A DNA stretch of 64,000 bases from an uncultured Gammaproteobacteria bacterium (lineage in GTDB: Bacteria; Patescibacteriota; Patescibacteriia; UBA9570; CAZNEH01), in NCBI GenBank assembly GCA_964572175.1, contig CAZNEH010000002.1, positions 1,406 through 65,405 of the forward strand, in the 5' to 3' direction. The translations under genes and the position numbers were made by a program. The notes under the pieces are model-generated. The model saw only the letters and a list, made by a program, of their open reading frames with translations, ran no database searches and was not told where the DNA came from. Of this stretch, positions 53,285 through 63,989 are shown piece after piece; positions within the stretch are counted from its first letter, which is position 1, and each line of letters starts with the position of its first letter.

Positions 53285-56119
53285 CTATTTTAAAAGCTTT
53301 TTCAAATATTGCCCAGTATAAGATTCTTTTACTTTAGATACTTCTTTAGGTGTTCCTTGAGCCACGATGTACCCACCCTTGTCTCCACCATCAGGCCCCA
53401 TATCAATAACATGGTCCGCACATTTAACTACTTCTAAGTTATGCTCTACGATTAAGACGCTATTTCCTTTATCTACAAGTCTATTTAATACATCTAATAA
53501 TTTTTTAACATCAAAGAAGTGCAGGCCAGTAGTTGGCTCATCCAAAATATATAGAGTTTTACCAGTGGCTCGTCTAGAAAGCTCAGTCGCCAGCTTAACT
53601 CTTTGTGCTTCACCGCCAGAAAGTGTAGTCGCGCTTTGGCCTAAGCAAATATATTCTAAGCCAACCTCTCGCAAAGTTTTAAGTTTTTCTTTAATTGGTG
53701 TTTGATCAGCAAAAAAGTAAAAAGCTTCTTCCACAGTCATATCTAAAACATCAGCAATAGTTTTTCCTTTATAATGAATTTCTAAAACCTCTTGGTTAAA
53801 GCGTTTTCCATGGCATTGATCACATTTTACATAAACATCAGGCAAAAAGTGCATCGCAATTTTCTTAGCCCCATCACCTTGGCAAGCTTCACAGCGCCCG
53901 CCCTTAACATTAAAGGAAAAGTGACCAGCTTTGTATCCACGCATCTTTGCTTCTGGAACTTGGGTAAATAAATCACGAATATAAGTAAATACTCCAGTAT
54001 AAGTCGCGGCATTAGATCGAGGAGTTCGACCAATCGGGCTTTGATCAATATGAATAATTTTATCTAAATTCTCCAGCCCCTTCATCTCCTTATGCTTTCC
54101 TGGTAAATCCTTAGCTCCGTGGAAGTGGGCCGCCAAAGCCTTAGCTAAAATGTCGGTAATCAAGGTAGATTTTCCAGATCCAGAAACACCAGTTACACAA
54201 ACCAGGCAGCCTAATGGAATTTCCGCATTAACTTTTTTCAAGTTAAATTGCTCCGCCTGTTTAATAGTAATTTTCTTCTTATTACCCTTGCGATATTCCT
54301 TAGGACATTTAATTTTTTCTTTTCCAGATAAGTAAGCCGCAGTTAAAGATTTTTTATCTTTTAATATTTGCGGTAAAGTTCCTTTAGCCACTATTTTCCC
54401 TCCATATTTACCAGCTCCTGGGCCAACATCAATTACGTAATCAGCAATTCTAATGGTATCTTCGTCATGCTCTACCACAATTACAGTGTTTCCTAGGTCA
54501 CGAAGCTTTTCTAAAGTTTTTAATAGCCTTTGATTGTCTCGTTGGTGAAGGCCAATAGACGGTTCATCTAAAACATAAATTACTCCAGTTAGGGCTGCTC
54601 CCATTTGAGTGGCTAAACGAATTCTTTGAGACTCTCCACCAGCCAAAGTATTAGCTGAGCGGTTTAAACTTAAATAAGTCAAGCCCACATCTTGTAAAAA
54701 ACTTAATCTTTTTTTAACTTCCTCCATTAGTTGGCTAGCAATTTTTTGTTCCCTAACTCCTAGCTTTAATTTTTTGAAAAATTCTACGGTTTCATCAATA
54801 GAGATGCTAGTAATTTCAGAAATATTTCTCTCTCCTACAGTTACCGCTAAATATTCATCCTTTAAACGACATCCTTTGCAAACCGGACAAGTGTAAGTCC
54901 GCATGTATCGTTCAATTTCAGATTTTAAATACTCAGAATCAGTTTCCTTGTAGCGTTTTTCTAAATTAGGGACCACTCCTTCGTATTTAGCCCAAGTTTG
55001 TTTTCCTTTATTTACCTCACCAATCTTATTTAGATCATAAAGTTGTTCTCCAGTGCCATATAAAACTTTTTCTAAGTCTTTTTTCTTTAAATCTTTTACT
55101 GGAGTGCGAGTAGAAAAACCATTTTCTTGAGCCATGGCTTCTAAAGAACGCATTAAATATGTTTGTTGCGCAGAGTTTCTAGACCAAGGTCGAATTGCTC
55201 CCTCAGCTAAGCCTAATTTTTTATTAGGCATAATTAAGCCCTCATCTAATTTTAATTTTGTTCCTAATCCAGCGCATTCTCCGCAGGCCCCATGAGGACT
55301 ATTAAAGGAGAAATTTCTAGGCTCTATTTCTGGTAAACTGATTTGGCAATGTGGGCAAACCCAGTGTTCAGAATAAACTTTATCTAGTTCTTCATCAGAG
55401 TTATGAATTACTACAGAGCCGTTAGCTAGGTCTAAGGCAGTTTTTATAGATTCCTCTAAACGAGGTTTAGATAACTTTTTACCAGTTACCATCTTGTCGA
55501 CTACTAATTCTATGGTGTGAGGCTTATGTTTATCTAAATTTAAGTCTTCTGCTTCATTAATAGTATAAAAAAGACCATCGATCCGCACATGGGTGTAACC
55601 AGCTTTACGTGCTTCATCGATAGTTTTTTTATGCTGCCCCTTTTGTTCTTTAATTAATGGAGAGATTACTAAAAATTGAGTGTCTGCTTTAATCTTTAAA
55701 ATTTTATCCACCATTTGCTTGGGAGTTTGCCGAGAAATTTTTTCTCCGCATTCTGGACAATGGGGGACACCTACTCGAGCATATAAAATTCTAAATAAGT
55801 CATAAATCTCAGTCATAGTTCCTACAGTAGAGCGAGGATTGTTGGTAGTAGTTTTTTGATCAATGGCAATCGCTGGTGATAAACCAGTGATGTGATCTAC
55901 GTCTGGTTTATCCATTACACCTAAAAACTGCCTAGCATAGGCAGATAAACTTTCCACATATCTACGTTGACCTTCAGCATAGACAGTATCAAACGCTAAA
56001 GATGATTTTCCTGATCCAGAGATTCCAGTAACAACTACCAGTTTGTCACGGGGAATTTCTACATCAATATTTTTTAAATTGTGAACACGAGCGCCCTTGA
56101 TTGAGATTTTATTAGACAT
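53285..56119 (-). CDS. uvrA: excinuclease ABC subunit A
   Basis: [23 protein letters not shown], two ABC cassettes, Zn fingers. Confidence 0.98.
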   Translation of the reverse strand: MSNKISIKGARVHNLKNIDVEIPRDKLVVVTGISGSGKSSLAFDTVYAEGQRRYVESLSAYARQFLGVMDKPDVDHITGLSPAIAIDQKTTTNNPRSTVGTMTEIYDLFRILYARVGVPHCPECGEKISRQTPKQMVDKILKIKADTQFLVISPLIKEQKGQHKKTIDEARKAGYTHVRIDGLFYTINEAEDLNLDKHKPHTIELVVDKMVTGKKLSKPRLEESIKTALDLANGSVVIHNSDEELDKVYSEHWVCPHCQISLPEIEPRNFSFNSPHGACGECAGLGTKLKLDEGLIMPNKKLGLAEGAIRPWSRNSAQQTYLMRSLEAMAQENGFSTRTPVKDLKKKDLEKVLYGTGEQLYDLNKIGEVNKGKQTWAKYEGVVPNLEKRYKETDSEYLKSEIERYMRTYTCPVCKGCRLKDEYLAVTVGERNISEITSISIDETVEFFKKLKLGVREQKIASQLMEEVKKRLSFLQDVGLTYLSLNRSANTLAGGESQRIRLATQMGAALTGVIYVLDEPSIGLHQRDNQRLLKTLEKLRDLGNTVIVVEHDEDTIRIADYVIDVGPGAGKYGGKIVAKGTLPQILKDKKSLTAAYLSGKEKIKCPKEYRKGNKKKITIKQAEQFNLKKVNAEIPLGCLVCVTGVSGSGKSTLITDILAKALAAHFHGAKDLPGKHKEMKGLENLDKIIHIDQSPIGRTPRSNAATYTGVFTYIRDLFTQVPEAKMRGYKAGHFSFNVKGGRCEACQGDGAKKIAMHFLPDVYVKCDQCHGKRFNQEVLEIHYKGKTIADVLDMTVEEAFYFFADQTPIKEKLKTLREVGLEYICLGQSATTLSGGEAQRVKLATELSRRATGKTLYILDEPTTGLHFFDVKKLLDVLNRLVDKGNSVLIVEHNLEVVKCADHVIDMGPDGGDKGGYIVAQGTPKEVSKVKESYTGQYLKKLLK

Positions 56120-56168
56120 GATTTTATTGAATTATATATACTAGGTTCCCAGCATACCACAAAACTAA

Positions 56169-56193
56169 AAAGGGGTCAAGCTTTGACCCCTTT
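56169..56193. terminator. hairpin terminator between the PP2C-like gene and uvrA
   Basis: AAAGGGGTCAA-GCT-TTGACCCCTTT. Confidence 0.7.
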
Positions 56194-56214
56194 GAAATTA
56201 TTTGAGTGTTAAAT

Positions 56215-58650
56215 TTAAGCTGTTTGCGCTACGGGTTGCCCAGGTGTTTTGACTAGAATATGAAGGTCTACAATAGAAATATCATCTTTAGGTGAAGTTC
56301 TTTTTATTGCTCCAGAAACCCCCTCAGCAACTAATTTTGATCCAGCAGTGGCTAAATCCTCTCCAGCACTTTCTTCATAACCATCAGATCCAAGTAGTAA
56401 TCTTAATTCTCCTTGCTCGTCAGTATATTCATCTAGATCAATTAAATATACATAAGGACTCCTTTCTTCCTCCGTTCTTTCATCAGTAATTCTAGCCTTA
56501 TCCCACCCTTTGTTTTTTAATATTTTAATAGGCTCTCCCTTGCCCTCTTTAGTAGCTTGGGTTTTTAAGGGTACAAATTTACCTCCGTGTTTAGCAGCTA
56601 ACTGGCAATTTCCAATATCAACTACTAATAATTGATTAGTTTCTGGTAAATAAAGAGTTCCCAAAAGCATCGTTCCAGCGCTAGCCTTTCCTTCAATTAA
56701 TGAATCGATTAATCCATCTAGGTTTTTCTCTATTAAAGATTTTTTTTCTTCTGGGTTGCTTAATCTCTGAGCCTCTTGAAACAATTTAGCCAAGCCTAAG
56801 GTTCCTATTCTGGCCATTTGTCTAGAAGGATTTTCTTGTCCCTCTGGCACATATGAAGAGGCTGTGGTTCCATCGGCAATAATCCCAATTCCTAAGTTAG
56901 GGTCAAAAGAATAAACATCGTCTCCATTAATATACATAGTTACCCCCTCCTCTTCTATTACTTCAGTTGTCTTAGCTGCTTCTTTTTTAGCTCTTCTTTC
57001 CAGTAATTTAGTCTTTTGTCTAGGAATTCCTCCGTGCTGAACTTCGTAAACCCGTCCTCTTTCAGCTCTTATTTCTCGAGAGCTAACAATTTCTAATTCT
57101 TTTTCTGCAACCTTAGGTCCACTAGCTTTTTTTGTAGTTTCTTGCCATAGCTTTAATTGATTTCTCAATTCATTATAAAGACTAGCTACTTGAGTAAATT
57201 CTTCTGTACTTAGCTGAGTACTTAGCTTTAAAATCTCTTCTCTAATATTGTAAGATTCTGGAATTATTTTTTTTAGCGCATTATCTCCTACATGATTTAT
57301 AATTTCCCCAAGCATTTTTTTTACAGTATCATCAAATTGTAGTTGTTGTAATTTATTAACCACCTCTACAATTTTAGATTTAAATTTAGCTTCCTGCTCT
57401 CCTTTTACTATTTTCTCTCCCCATGCTTCTTTGTTTGGCTCAGTAATAAATTTATTTCTTGGTTCCTTGTTCATTAATAAATCAATATAATTTTCCCAAG
57501 AACCAAGAACTTCTCTGAAAGCCTGCTTCTTTGAAGAATTATAAGTCTCTTTTATTTTTATAGATACCATCTTTTCAAAAGCATCTACCTCCCTATCTAA
57601 GTATTCGTTAAGCATATTTGGGTCTAAACCAGCTATTTCTAACCATGTTTCTAATCTTTTTCTTTCCACCTTCATTTCTTCTGATTCTGGTATTGGTCCC
57701 TCTTCCGCCCTTACAATCTCTTCTCTAGCTGGTTCTAATACTTCTTCTGGAATAGTATAGGTTTTTACTTCTTGCTTAGGCGCAAAAGCTACTTCTGGGT
57801 CTTCCATGTCTCGCATCGCCATCTCTTTTCTAATAGCTGTTATTTGACTTTCAATTTTATCTTGCTCCGTTTCATCTTCAGTTTGTCCTTTTTCTCTAAC
57901 TAATCTTAAATAATTTTGTTTATAATCATATTCTGTATATCTCGGAGTCTCTACCTTAGGCTCTAGTTCAGGCTCGGGCTGTTCTATTTTTTTTGTTCTA
58001 TACATCGGGTGCTGAAGTCTATTTTCTATTTCTTGTAATTCCTTAGCCTTGTCTTTTCCCGCCCTTAATAAACGACGCATCCAAGAAGAGTTTATCTCTC
58101 CTAATTCTTTTTTTAATTGATCTCTGCGATCCATCATTTCTCTTACTGTTTCTTCTTTATCTTCCGGAGCTGCTTGCTCGGCTTGCATTTTTTCATAAAT
58201 TGCCGCTGCATTTTTATATCTAGTATGTCCCAACTTACTTTTAGCATCCGCTAATTTTTGTCGAGCCTTCTTTAAGCGTTTATCAAAAAATTTAGTCACC
58301 ATGCTTAGCTGCTCTTCAAGTGTTTGTACCTCTAATTCATGGTTTTGATGTTGTTCATGATATTCCTGTACTTTTGTTCTAGTTATTTCATCTAATTGCT
58401 CCCATTTTTCTGTAGCCGTCAGTTCAGTCTTTTCTTCTTCTAGGGGCTGAACAGCGCTATCTGGTAATTCTTTTGGTTCCGGCATAGTAGGGGGTTGTTT
58501 ACCCCAGGCAGCAGCCTCAGTTGGTTTTATTCTCTCATCAACTTTTTTTGGTTTACCAGTTTCTGTGTCAAATTCAAATTTAGAAACCTTATAATTTTTT
58601 GGTTTCGCATTTGGCTGGGCATTTACTTTGCCTGTGTACTCAAAGGCCAT
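56215..58650 (-). CDS. long coiled-coil protein with C-terminal PP2C-like phosphatase domain
   Basis: IGIIADG, VDIGNC, LLLGSDG, KDDISIV in PPM motif order. Confidence 0.65.
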   Translation of the reverse strand: MAFEYTGKVNAQPNAKPKNYKVSKFEFDTETGKPKKVDERIKPTEAAAWGKQPPTMPEPKELPDSAVQPLEEEKTELTATEKWEQLDEITRTKVQEYHEQHQNHELEVQTLEEQLSMVTKFFDKRLKKARQKLADAKSKLGHTRYKNAAAIYEKMQAEQAAPEDKEETVREMMDRRDQLKKELGEINSSWMRRLLRAGKDKAKELQEIENRLQHPMYRTKKIEQPEPELEPKVETPRYTEYDYKQNYLRLVREKGQTEDETEQDKIESQITAIRKEMAMRDMEDPEVAFAPKQEVKTYTIPEEVLEPAREEIVRAEEGPIPESEEMKVERKRLETWLEIAGLDPNMLNEYLDREVDAFEKMVSIKIKETYNSSKKQAFREVLGSWENYIDLLMNKEPRNKFITEPNKEAWGEKIVKGEQEAKFKSKIVEVVNKLQQLQFDDTVKKMLGEIINHVGDNALKKIIPESYNIREEILKLSTQLSTEEFTQVASLYNELRNQLKLWQETTKKASGPKVAEKELEIVSSREIRAERGRVYEVQHGGIPRQKTKLLERRAKKEAAKTTEVIEEEGVTMYINGDDVYSFDPNLGIGIIADGTTASSYVPEGQENPSRQMARIGTLGLAKLFQEAQRLSNPEEKKSLIEKNLDGLIDSLIEGKASAGTMLLGTLYLPETNQLLVVDIGNCQLAAKHGGKFVPLKTQATKEGKGEPIKILKNKGWDKARITDERTEEERSPYVYLIDLDEYTDEQGELRLLLGSDGYEESAGEDLATAGSKLVAEGVSGAIKRTSPKDDISIVDLHILVKTPGQPVAQTA

Positions 58651-58727
58651 ATTTTTAATGAAAATATTTAATAGTACTTATATTTTATCATAATTTAGCA
58701 CAAAAGTCAAGTTTTCCACACCCATTC

Positions 58728-58756
58728 TTGACGTGTTATAATAAAAAGGGTAAGGT
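58728..58756 (+). promoter_or_regulatory. promoter of GC-rich gene 5
   Basis: TTGACG-17-TAAGGT. Confidence 0.6.
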
Positions 58757-58786
58757 AATTCATCGGTCAAATCACAGCATTGAGAG

Positions 58787-59107
58787 GTGAAATTGCAGAA
58801 ACCATTCCATCAAGGTCAACAACCGCCCACTCGTCAAGCCTTTGATCGCGATCGTCTCCTGGAGGTCCGTCGATATCCAGGACGCATCATCGTAGACGTT
58901 GCCTTCCTCACTGACATCGAATCACTCGGCGAGGTCAGGGTCACGTTCAATGGCTGTCAGTGCCAAGCCTGGCTCGAACAGTCCAGAGACTGGAAAGGAC
59001 AAAGCACTCTCTCTGTCCATCTTCTGGTCATCTCCACTCCCGGAGAACACAACATCACCATCGAGCCGGAGAACTACCACGGCATCGAGGTCATCACGCG
59101 GGGATAG
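58787..59107 (+). CDS. GC-rich gene 5: small hypothetical beta-rich protein
   Basis: 106 aa, C-ending codons, GAGAGG upstream; start GTG 58787 or TTG 58793. Confidence 0.6.
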   Translation: MKLQKPFHQGQQPPTRQAFDRDRLLEVRRYPGRIIVDVAFLTDIESLGEVRVTFNGCQCQAWLEQSRDWKGQSTLSVHLLVISTPGEHNITIEPENYHGIEVITRG

Positions 59108-59156
59108 TAGCTACGTGCCGCTTCCTCGCCCCCTTTTACCGCAATTCCATTTCAAT

Positions 59157-59186
59157 AAAAAAGATCCCGCTAATCGGGATCTTTTT
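59157..59186. terminator. bidirectional terminator
   Basis: AAAAAAGATCCCG-CTAAT-CGGGATCTTTTT. Confidence 0.85.
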
Positions 59187-59205
59187 GTTATATTGGAAAG
59201 AACAA

Positions 59206-60183
59206 CTATCTTAGGGCTATTTTTTTATCTACTTTTTTAGATAAAATGTTTTTCAGTTTTAACTCTGAAATATAAATCCGTCCATCAATAATGTATAATA
59301 AACTTTCTCCGTCTTCAGACCATCGAGGTTGTAAGTAAGAACGAACATAAGTTGTTAACTGTCTATTGCGTTCGCCATCTGCGCGGACCAACCAAAGCTG
59401 CTTACCGTAATTATAAATTAGGTACTCAGAGTCAGGGGACCAGGTCACTTCCATTTGCTCTTCATTGTTTACAGTTAGAATCTCAGTAGAGGTTTCCTCT
59501 TCTAAATCTCGGACCATCAAAGTAGTCACAGTTTTATCGTCTTCAGTAATTCGAGTAATCAAGGCCACTTTATTTTTGTCTGGAGAATATAATTTAGTTT
59601 GAGTTTGATTTTCTGGTAACTCTTCTTCGTCTTCTTCAACTACTTCTACTTCTGGGATCTCTTGTTCTGCGCTCTCTTCAGTGGCTACATTATATAAGTA
59701 ACTTTTTTCTACGCCATCAACTTCTTGGCGATAGTAAAAGTTACCATCTTCAGTCCAAGCATTTTCAGGTAAGTTTTTAACTCCTTCTACAGCTAGCTCA
59801 CCCTCAGTAAATTGAGCAGTATAATACTTAGTATCAGATAAACGCTTTTTTAGCTGGGTAGTTAAACTTTCTTGCTGTCTAAACTCATCTAAAGTAGATT
59901 GTTGGAAAGTGAACAAAGTTAAAGCTGCAAAAAAGGCAACTAAAACAAGAATTAAAATTCCACTAAAAAAACCAAATCCTTTTTCTACTGCTTTTACCTT
60001 ATTAATATCAGGTAATTCTGGTAGATGTGGCTTGGTTACGCTTTTCTTCTTAGTTGTTTTCTTTTTTGTTGCGGTTGTTTTTGTTACCGCTTTTTCAGCA
60101 AATTCTTTATGCTTTTTGCCGATCTTGCTTGTTACTAGGTGATTTTTTTTACACTTAGAACAAGAATATTGTTTTTTTGCCAT
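59206..60183 (-). CDS. membrane-anchored TolB/PD40-repeat protein with basic N-terminal Zn-finger-like segment
   Basis: CSKC...H, TM helix, YSPDK, WSPDS, PRWSEDG. Confidence 0.7.
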   Translation of the reverse strand: MAKKQYSCSKCKKNHLVTSKIGKKHKEFAEKAVTKTTATKKKTTKKKSVTKPHLPELPDINKVKAVEKGFGFFSGILILVLVAFFAALTLFTFQQSTLDEFRQQESLTTQLKKRLSDTKYYTAQFTEGELAVEGVKNLPENAWTEDGNFYYRQEVDGVEKSYLYNVATEESAEQEIPEVEVVEEDEEELPENQTQTKLYSPDKNKVALITRITEDDKTVTTLMVRDLEEETSTEILTVNNEEQMEVTWSPDSEYLIYNYGKQLWLVRADGERNRQLTTYVRSYLQPRWSEDGESLLYIIDGRIYISELKLKNILSKKVDKKIALR

Positions 60184-60234
60184 GTCCTCCGAATTTTATT
60201 TATATTTTAATAATAATATTATAACACATTTATT

Positions 60235-62280
60235 TTATTCCACCAAGTTTTGAGGCAACTCGTCTATAAATCTAGATGGAGCATTCACTTGAGTCTGTCC
60301 ATAAATAGTTCTTTCACTCGCAAAGCTAATATATAATTTCTTTTTAGCTCTAGTCATGGCTACATAACAAAGTCTTCTTTCTTCTTCCATTTCTTTTGGA
60401 TCAAACAAGCATCGACTATGAGGAAATAGTCCTTCTTCCATGCCTATTAAAAAGACATTTGAAAATTCTAAACCTTTAGCAGCATGAATGGTCATCATTT
60501 GAACAGCTGGTAAATCTTCTTTAACCTCATCTTGATCATGAATTAAAGCAATCTCTTCTAAGAATAATTCTAAAGCTTGAGCGCCCTTATAATTACTAAA
60601 TTTTAAACAAGCAGTTTTTAATTCCTGGATATTTTCCCATCTTCTTTCTCCTTCTTCAGTCCCGTCCTGAATAAAATTTTTATACCCTGATTCTTCAGCT
60701 ACTATGTCAACAATTTCTTCTGCTTTTTTTTCTTTAATATCTTCCGCTAGATTTTTCATTGTTGTTTGAAAAGTTAAAAAAGCTAACTTTCCTTTAGGTT
60801 TCATATCTCCTAAGTCTGCTTCTTCTATTTCTAAGAAATTCTTTTTATTTTGGATTCCAGCTTGTTCAATTTTTTGCCAGGTCACCGGACCAATTCCTTT
60901 TGGCGGAGCATTTACAATTCTTTCCAAGCCTACCCAGTCATCCGGATTAACTAGCATCTTTAAATAAGAAATCATATCTTTAATTTCTCGTCTTTCATAA
61001 AAGCGAATCCCGCCAATTAACTTGTAGGGGACACCATACTTTAAAAATGCTTCTTCAATGGCTCTAGACTGAGCATTAGTTCGATACAAGACTACATACT
61101 TAGACAAATCTACCCTTTTAATTTTTTCGCGAATTGCATCAGTAACTTTATTTTCCCGCTTTCTTTTATTAAAGGTAGAACTTTTCATTATTTTATCAAT
61201 AATGCTTTCTTCGTCTTCATATTCATAAACAAGCTCATCAGGGTCTTTCTCTGGTTCTTTTTCTTTTAAGCCTAAAATACTATCAACAATGAATTGTCCC
61301 TCCCCAGCCTCATCACGTACCTCTTCTATAGTGATTTTTTCTCCAGCGTCATTATCTGTCCATAATTTCTTATCTTTTTGCCCTTTATTTTGGCCAATAA
61401 TAGTTTGGGCTGCATCTAAAATAGTTTGAGTTGAGCGATAGTTTTGTTCTAGCATTACTACCTTAGTATTTGGATAATCATCTTCAAAATTTAAAATATT
61501 TTGATAATTAGCCCCTCGAAAGCCATAAATTGCTTGATAATCATCGCCAACTACGCATAAATTAGGCTTCTCTCCACCTAAAAGTCTGATTAGTTGGTAT
61601 TGAGCTTCGTTAGTATCTTGATACTCATCAATTAAAATATATTGCCACAATTTTTGATATTTTTGTAAAATCTTTTCTTCTTGCTTAAACAAAACTACGG
61701 TTTTCATGATTAAATCATCAAAGTCCATGGCTTGGTTACGCTCTAAATTCTTTTGGTAGTCCTTATAAATCTTTTCTACTTGTTGAGTAAAGAAATCTGA
61801 GCCAGCATAACTATCTGAATCTAATAATTCGTTCTTAGCATTAGAAATATGAACTTGAACTGCTTTAGGATTAATTTTTTTAGGATCCTGGTTCAACTCT
61901 TTCATTACTTTTTTTATCAAATTCAAAGAATCATTAGAATCATAAATCACAAAACTGTTTTTCATTCCTAAGGGCTCTATTTCTCTACGAAGTAGACGAA
62001 CACAAATAGAGTGAAAAGTTCCCATAGCTGGCCAGTGCTCAACTTTTCCAGACATTAATTCTTTTACTCGGCTTTGCATTTCCTTAGACGCCTTATTAGT
62101 AAAGGTCACCGCCAAGATATTCCAAGGTTTAATTTTTTCTTCAGCAATAAGATAGGCGATCCGATGGGTTAAAGCCCTGGTCTTACCACTGCCTGCCCCA
62201 GCTAAAACTAAAACCGGACCCTTGGTTGTGGTCACGGCCTCTTGTTGTGGCTTATTTAATCCTGTTAGAAGTTTTGACAT
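60235..62280 (-). CDS. pcrA: ATP-dependent DNA helicase PcrA/UvrD
   Basis: AGAGSGKT, DEYQDTN, VGDDYQAIYGFRGA, TIHAAKGLEF, EERRLCYVAMTRA. Confidence 0.93.
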   Translation of the reverse strand: MSKLLTGLNKPQQEAVTTTKGPVLVLAGAGSGKTRALTHRIAYLIAEEKIKPWNILAVTFTNKASKEMQSRVKELMSGKVEHWPAMGTFHSICVRLLRREIEPLGMKNSFVIYDSNDSLNLIKKVMKELNQDPKKINPKAVQVHISNAKNELLDSDSYAGSDFFTQQVEKIYKDYQKNLERNQAMDFDDLIMKTVVLFKQEEKILQKYQKLWQYILIDEYQDTNEAQYQLIRLLGGEKPNLCVVGDDYQAIYGFRGANYQNILNFEDDYPNTKVVMLEQNYRSTQTILDAAQTIIGQNKGQKDKKLWTDNDAGEKITIEEVRDEAGEGQFIVDSILGLKEKEPEKDPDELVYEYEDEESIIDKIMKSSTFNKRKRENKVTDAIREKIKRVDLSKYVVLYRTNAQSRAIEEAFLKYGVPYKLIGGIRFYERREIKDMISYLKMLVNPDDWVGLERIVNAPPKGIGPVTWQKIEQAGIQNKKNFLEIEEADLGDMKPKGKLAFLTFQTTMKNLAEDIKEKKAEEIVDIVAEESGYKNFIQDGTEEGERRWENIQELKTACLKFSNYKGAQALELFLEEIALIHDQDEVKEDLPAVQMMTIHAAKGLEFSNVFLIGMEEGLFPHSRCLFDPKEMEEERRLCYVAMTRAKKKLYISFASERTIYGQTQVNAPSRFIDELPQNLVE

Positions 62281-62296
62281 AAAAAAATTATAACAT

Positions 62297-62362
62297 AAAA
62301 AAAATCACAGGTCCACGGATCACTCCACAGAGCCTGTGCTTCGTGACTTCTAGTAGTCACGG
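62297..62362 (-). terminator. tandem hairpins/terminator of GC-rich gene 6
   Basis: mRNA CGUGACU-loop-AGUCACG, then CACAGG...CCUGUG followed by U8. Confidence 0.7.
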
Positions 62363-62376
62363 ACGTTGTCCTCTTC

Positions 62377-62826
62377 CTACTGCTCTTCAGCCGCATCTGG
62401 ATAGAGCATGGCGTCGACTTCTTCCTGAGAGGGGTCACCGAGCTCTTCTTCCCATCGAAGCAGGGTGAGGTGCTGTTGCAGATCTCGCTGCTCCTCAGGC
62501 GAGAGCTCAGGCAGGATGTTCTCTCCTTCCTCTAGGATGCTCTCTCGACACACGGGGCAGAGTTGGCAGTGCAGGAGCACGGCCATGGGGACCAGAGTTC
62601 CTTCCGGAGGAACTTCTAGGAATTCTTCCATCATTGCTCCCAGCATCTCCTCCTCGACCAGGTCGCAGCTCGCAGGGTTGCCCAGGTTCATGATCTGCAT
62701 GGCCCTGGCCGCTCCTTCTTCAGCCGCTTCTGCCTCTTCGATCAGGGCGACCAGCTTGTCTTCTTCCATCTTGCCGTCGAAGGCAGTGCGCAGGAACTCA
62801 GACAGGGACTGACGGTTGTCAGACAT
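62377..62826 (-). CDS. GC-rich gene 6: acidic protein with HxxxCxxC (zf-HC2/anti-sigma-like) motif
   Basis: LLHCQLCPVCRE; AGGAGG SD before ATG 62826. Confidence 0.6.
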   Translation of the reverse strand: MSDNRQSLSEFLRTAFDGKMEEDKLVALIEEAEAAEEGAARAMQIMNLGNPASCDLVEEEMLGAMMEEFLEVPPEGTLVPMAVLLHCQLCPVCRESILEEGENILPELSPEEQRDLQQHLTLLRWEEELGDPSQEEVDAMLYPDAAEEQ

Positions 62827-62849
62827 GGGTACCTCCTGTACCACTTGAG

Positions 62850-62929
62850 ATTCATTTTTAGCCTATCATGGCCAAAAAAAAGAGGCAAGGCCGCGAAAGT
62901 CCACTAGGGTCTCTCGCAAAACCTTGCTC
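62850..62929 (-). repeat. 80-bp inter-cassette repeat copy A (terminator plus promoter)
   Basis: About 3 differences from 63480-63560; long hairpin plus T8 overlapping TTGCCT-17-TAGGCT. Confidence 0.92.
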
Positions 62930-62949
62930 GCTGGCGACCTCGTAGGTCG

Positions 62950-63456
62950 CTACTCCTTGTTGGGAGCCAGGGCTACGACCCAGGCGATGAACTCTCCGAC
63001 CGTAGTGACTTGTCTCAGGGCGTTCGCCGCTGCCTCGTTGATCTCGAAGCCCAGCTCGGTGCGGCAGGCTACGCCTGCTTTGGCCAGCCCCTTAGGACAG
63101 ACATCCAGATCATCTCCTTCTCCCTCTCCTGTCAGGAGTCGATCGTCGTCTGTCAGGGCAGCGGAGTTGACGTCCCAGACCCGGCACATGATCCCCTTGA
63201 TGTGGTCTTTCAGGATCAGGGGCATGATCCAGTCGAGCCACTCTCCAGGTGTGGCCGGGTCATCCTCTCGGCCCTCATCCAGCTCGAGCTCCAGTTCGCT
63301 CTCGACGTCGTAGGAGATGTCGTCGAAGTCTCCTTCGAAGTCATCGAGCAGGGAATCGAGATTCGTGTCCTCAGTGAACTCGTCGCTGTCGTCGATCAGG
63401 CTGTGGGCGATTGCGTGCTGACGCAGGATCTCCAGACACTCTTCGCGGCTCTTCAT
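62950..63456 (-). CDS. GC-rich gene 7: tandem degenerate acyl-carrier-protein-like domains
   Basis: Two ACP-like units (...VESELELEL...TPGEWLDWI; ...ELGFEI.....TTVGEFIAWV); canonical DS serine apparently not conserved. Confidence 0.6.
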   Translation of the reverse strand: MKSREECLEILRQHAIAHSLIDDSDEFTEDTNLDSLLDDFEGDFDDISYDVESELELELDEGREDDPATPGEWLDWIMPLILKDHIKGIMCRVWDVNSAALTDDDRLLTGEGEGDDLDVCPKGLAKAGVACRTELGFEINEAAANALRQVTTVGEFIAWVVALAPNKE

Positions 63457-63479
63457 GGGGTACCTCCGTACCGTTTGGA

Positions 63480-63560
63480 ATTCATTTTTACCCTATCATG
63501 GCCAAAAAAAAGAGGCAAGGCCGCGAAAGTCCACTTGGGGTCTCTCGCAAAACCTTGCTC
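63480..63560 (-). repeat. 80-bp inter-cassette repeat copy B (terminator plus promoter)
   Basis: Matches 62850-62929; TTGCCT-17-TAGGGT. Confidence 0.92.
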
Positions 63561-63578
63561 AGGGAGGGAGGTTGCTCC

Positions 63579-63989
63579 TTAGGGGAGTCGTTTCCCAGTA
63601 GTTCTTATGGGTCCGTTGCCGCAGCGACAGCTTTTTCCTTGTTCGGCTCTCTCGCCGCAGCTGCACTTCCAGGTTCTGGGAGGTAGGGGAGTGCCGAAGC
63701 TCATCTCTTTGGCGGGACGTCCGGTGAACTTGTTCTTGACCCACTGGACCAGGGCGCCGACGGTCTCCACGCCGACCAGGTCGAACTGGCCGATCTGGAT
63801 CAGGAGCTCCTTCTCCAGCGCCGCGATCAGGTCCACAGTCCGGATGCTGTCCAGTCCTAGATCGATGAACTCAGTCTCCGGACTGAGTGCGTCCCGATCT
63901 ACCTGGAAGACCTTGGACACGGCCAGGCAGACCTTGTTTTCCAGCGTCTGGTCAAGGTTGTCCGCACACGTCGTTCGAGTTGGTTGCAT
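63579..63989 (-). CDS. GC-rich gene 8: acyl carrier protein fused to a C-terminal CxC...CxC Zn-ribbon-like tail
   Basis: LSPETEFIDLGLDSIRTVDLIAALEKEL.....TVGALV (phosphopantetheine Ser motif); WKCSCG...SCRCG. Confidence 0.8.
   Translation of the reverse strand: MQPTRTTCADNLDQTLENKVCLAVSKVFQVDRDALSPETEFIDLGLDSIRTVDLIAALEKELLIQIGQFDLVGVETVGALVQWVKNKFTGRPAKEMSFGTPLPPRTWKCSCGERAEQGKSCRCGNGPIRTTGKRLP

Noticed and set aside
62850-63560. Integron attC sites or CRISPR repeats
   Set aside because: No RYYYAAC/GTTRRRY boxes, intI or cas genes. The repeats are 80 bp with gene-sized spacers and contain promoters.
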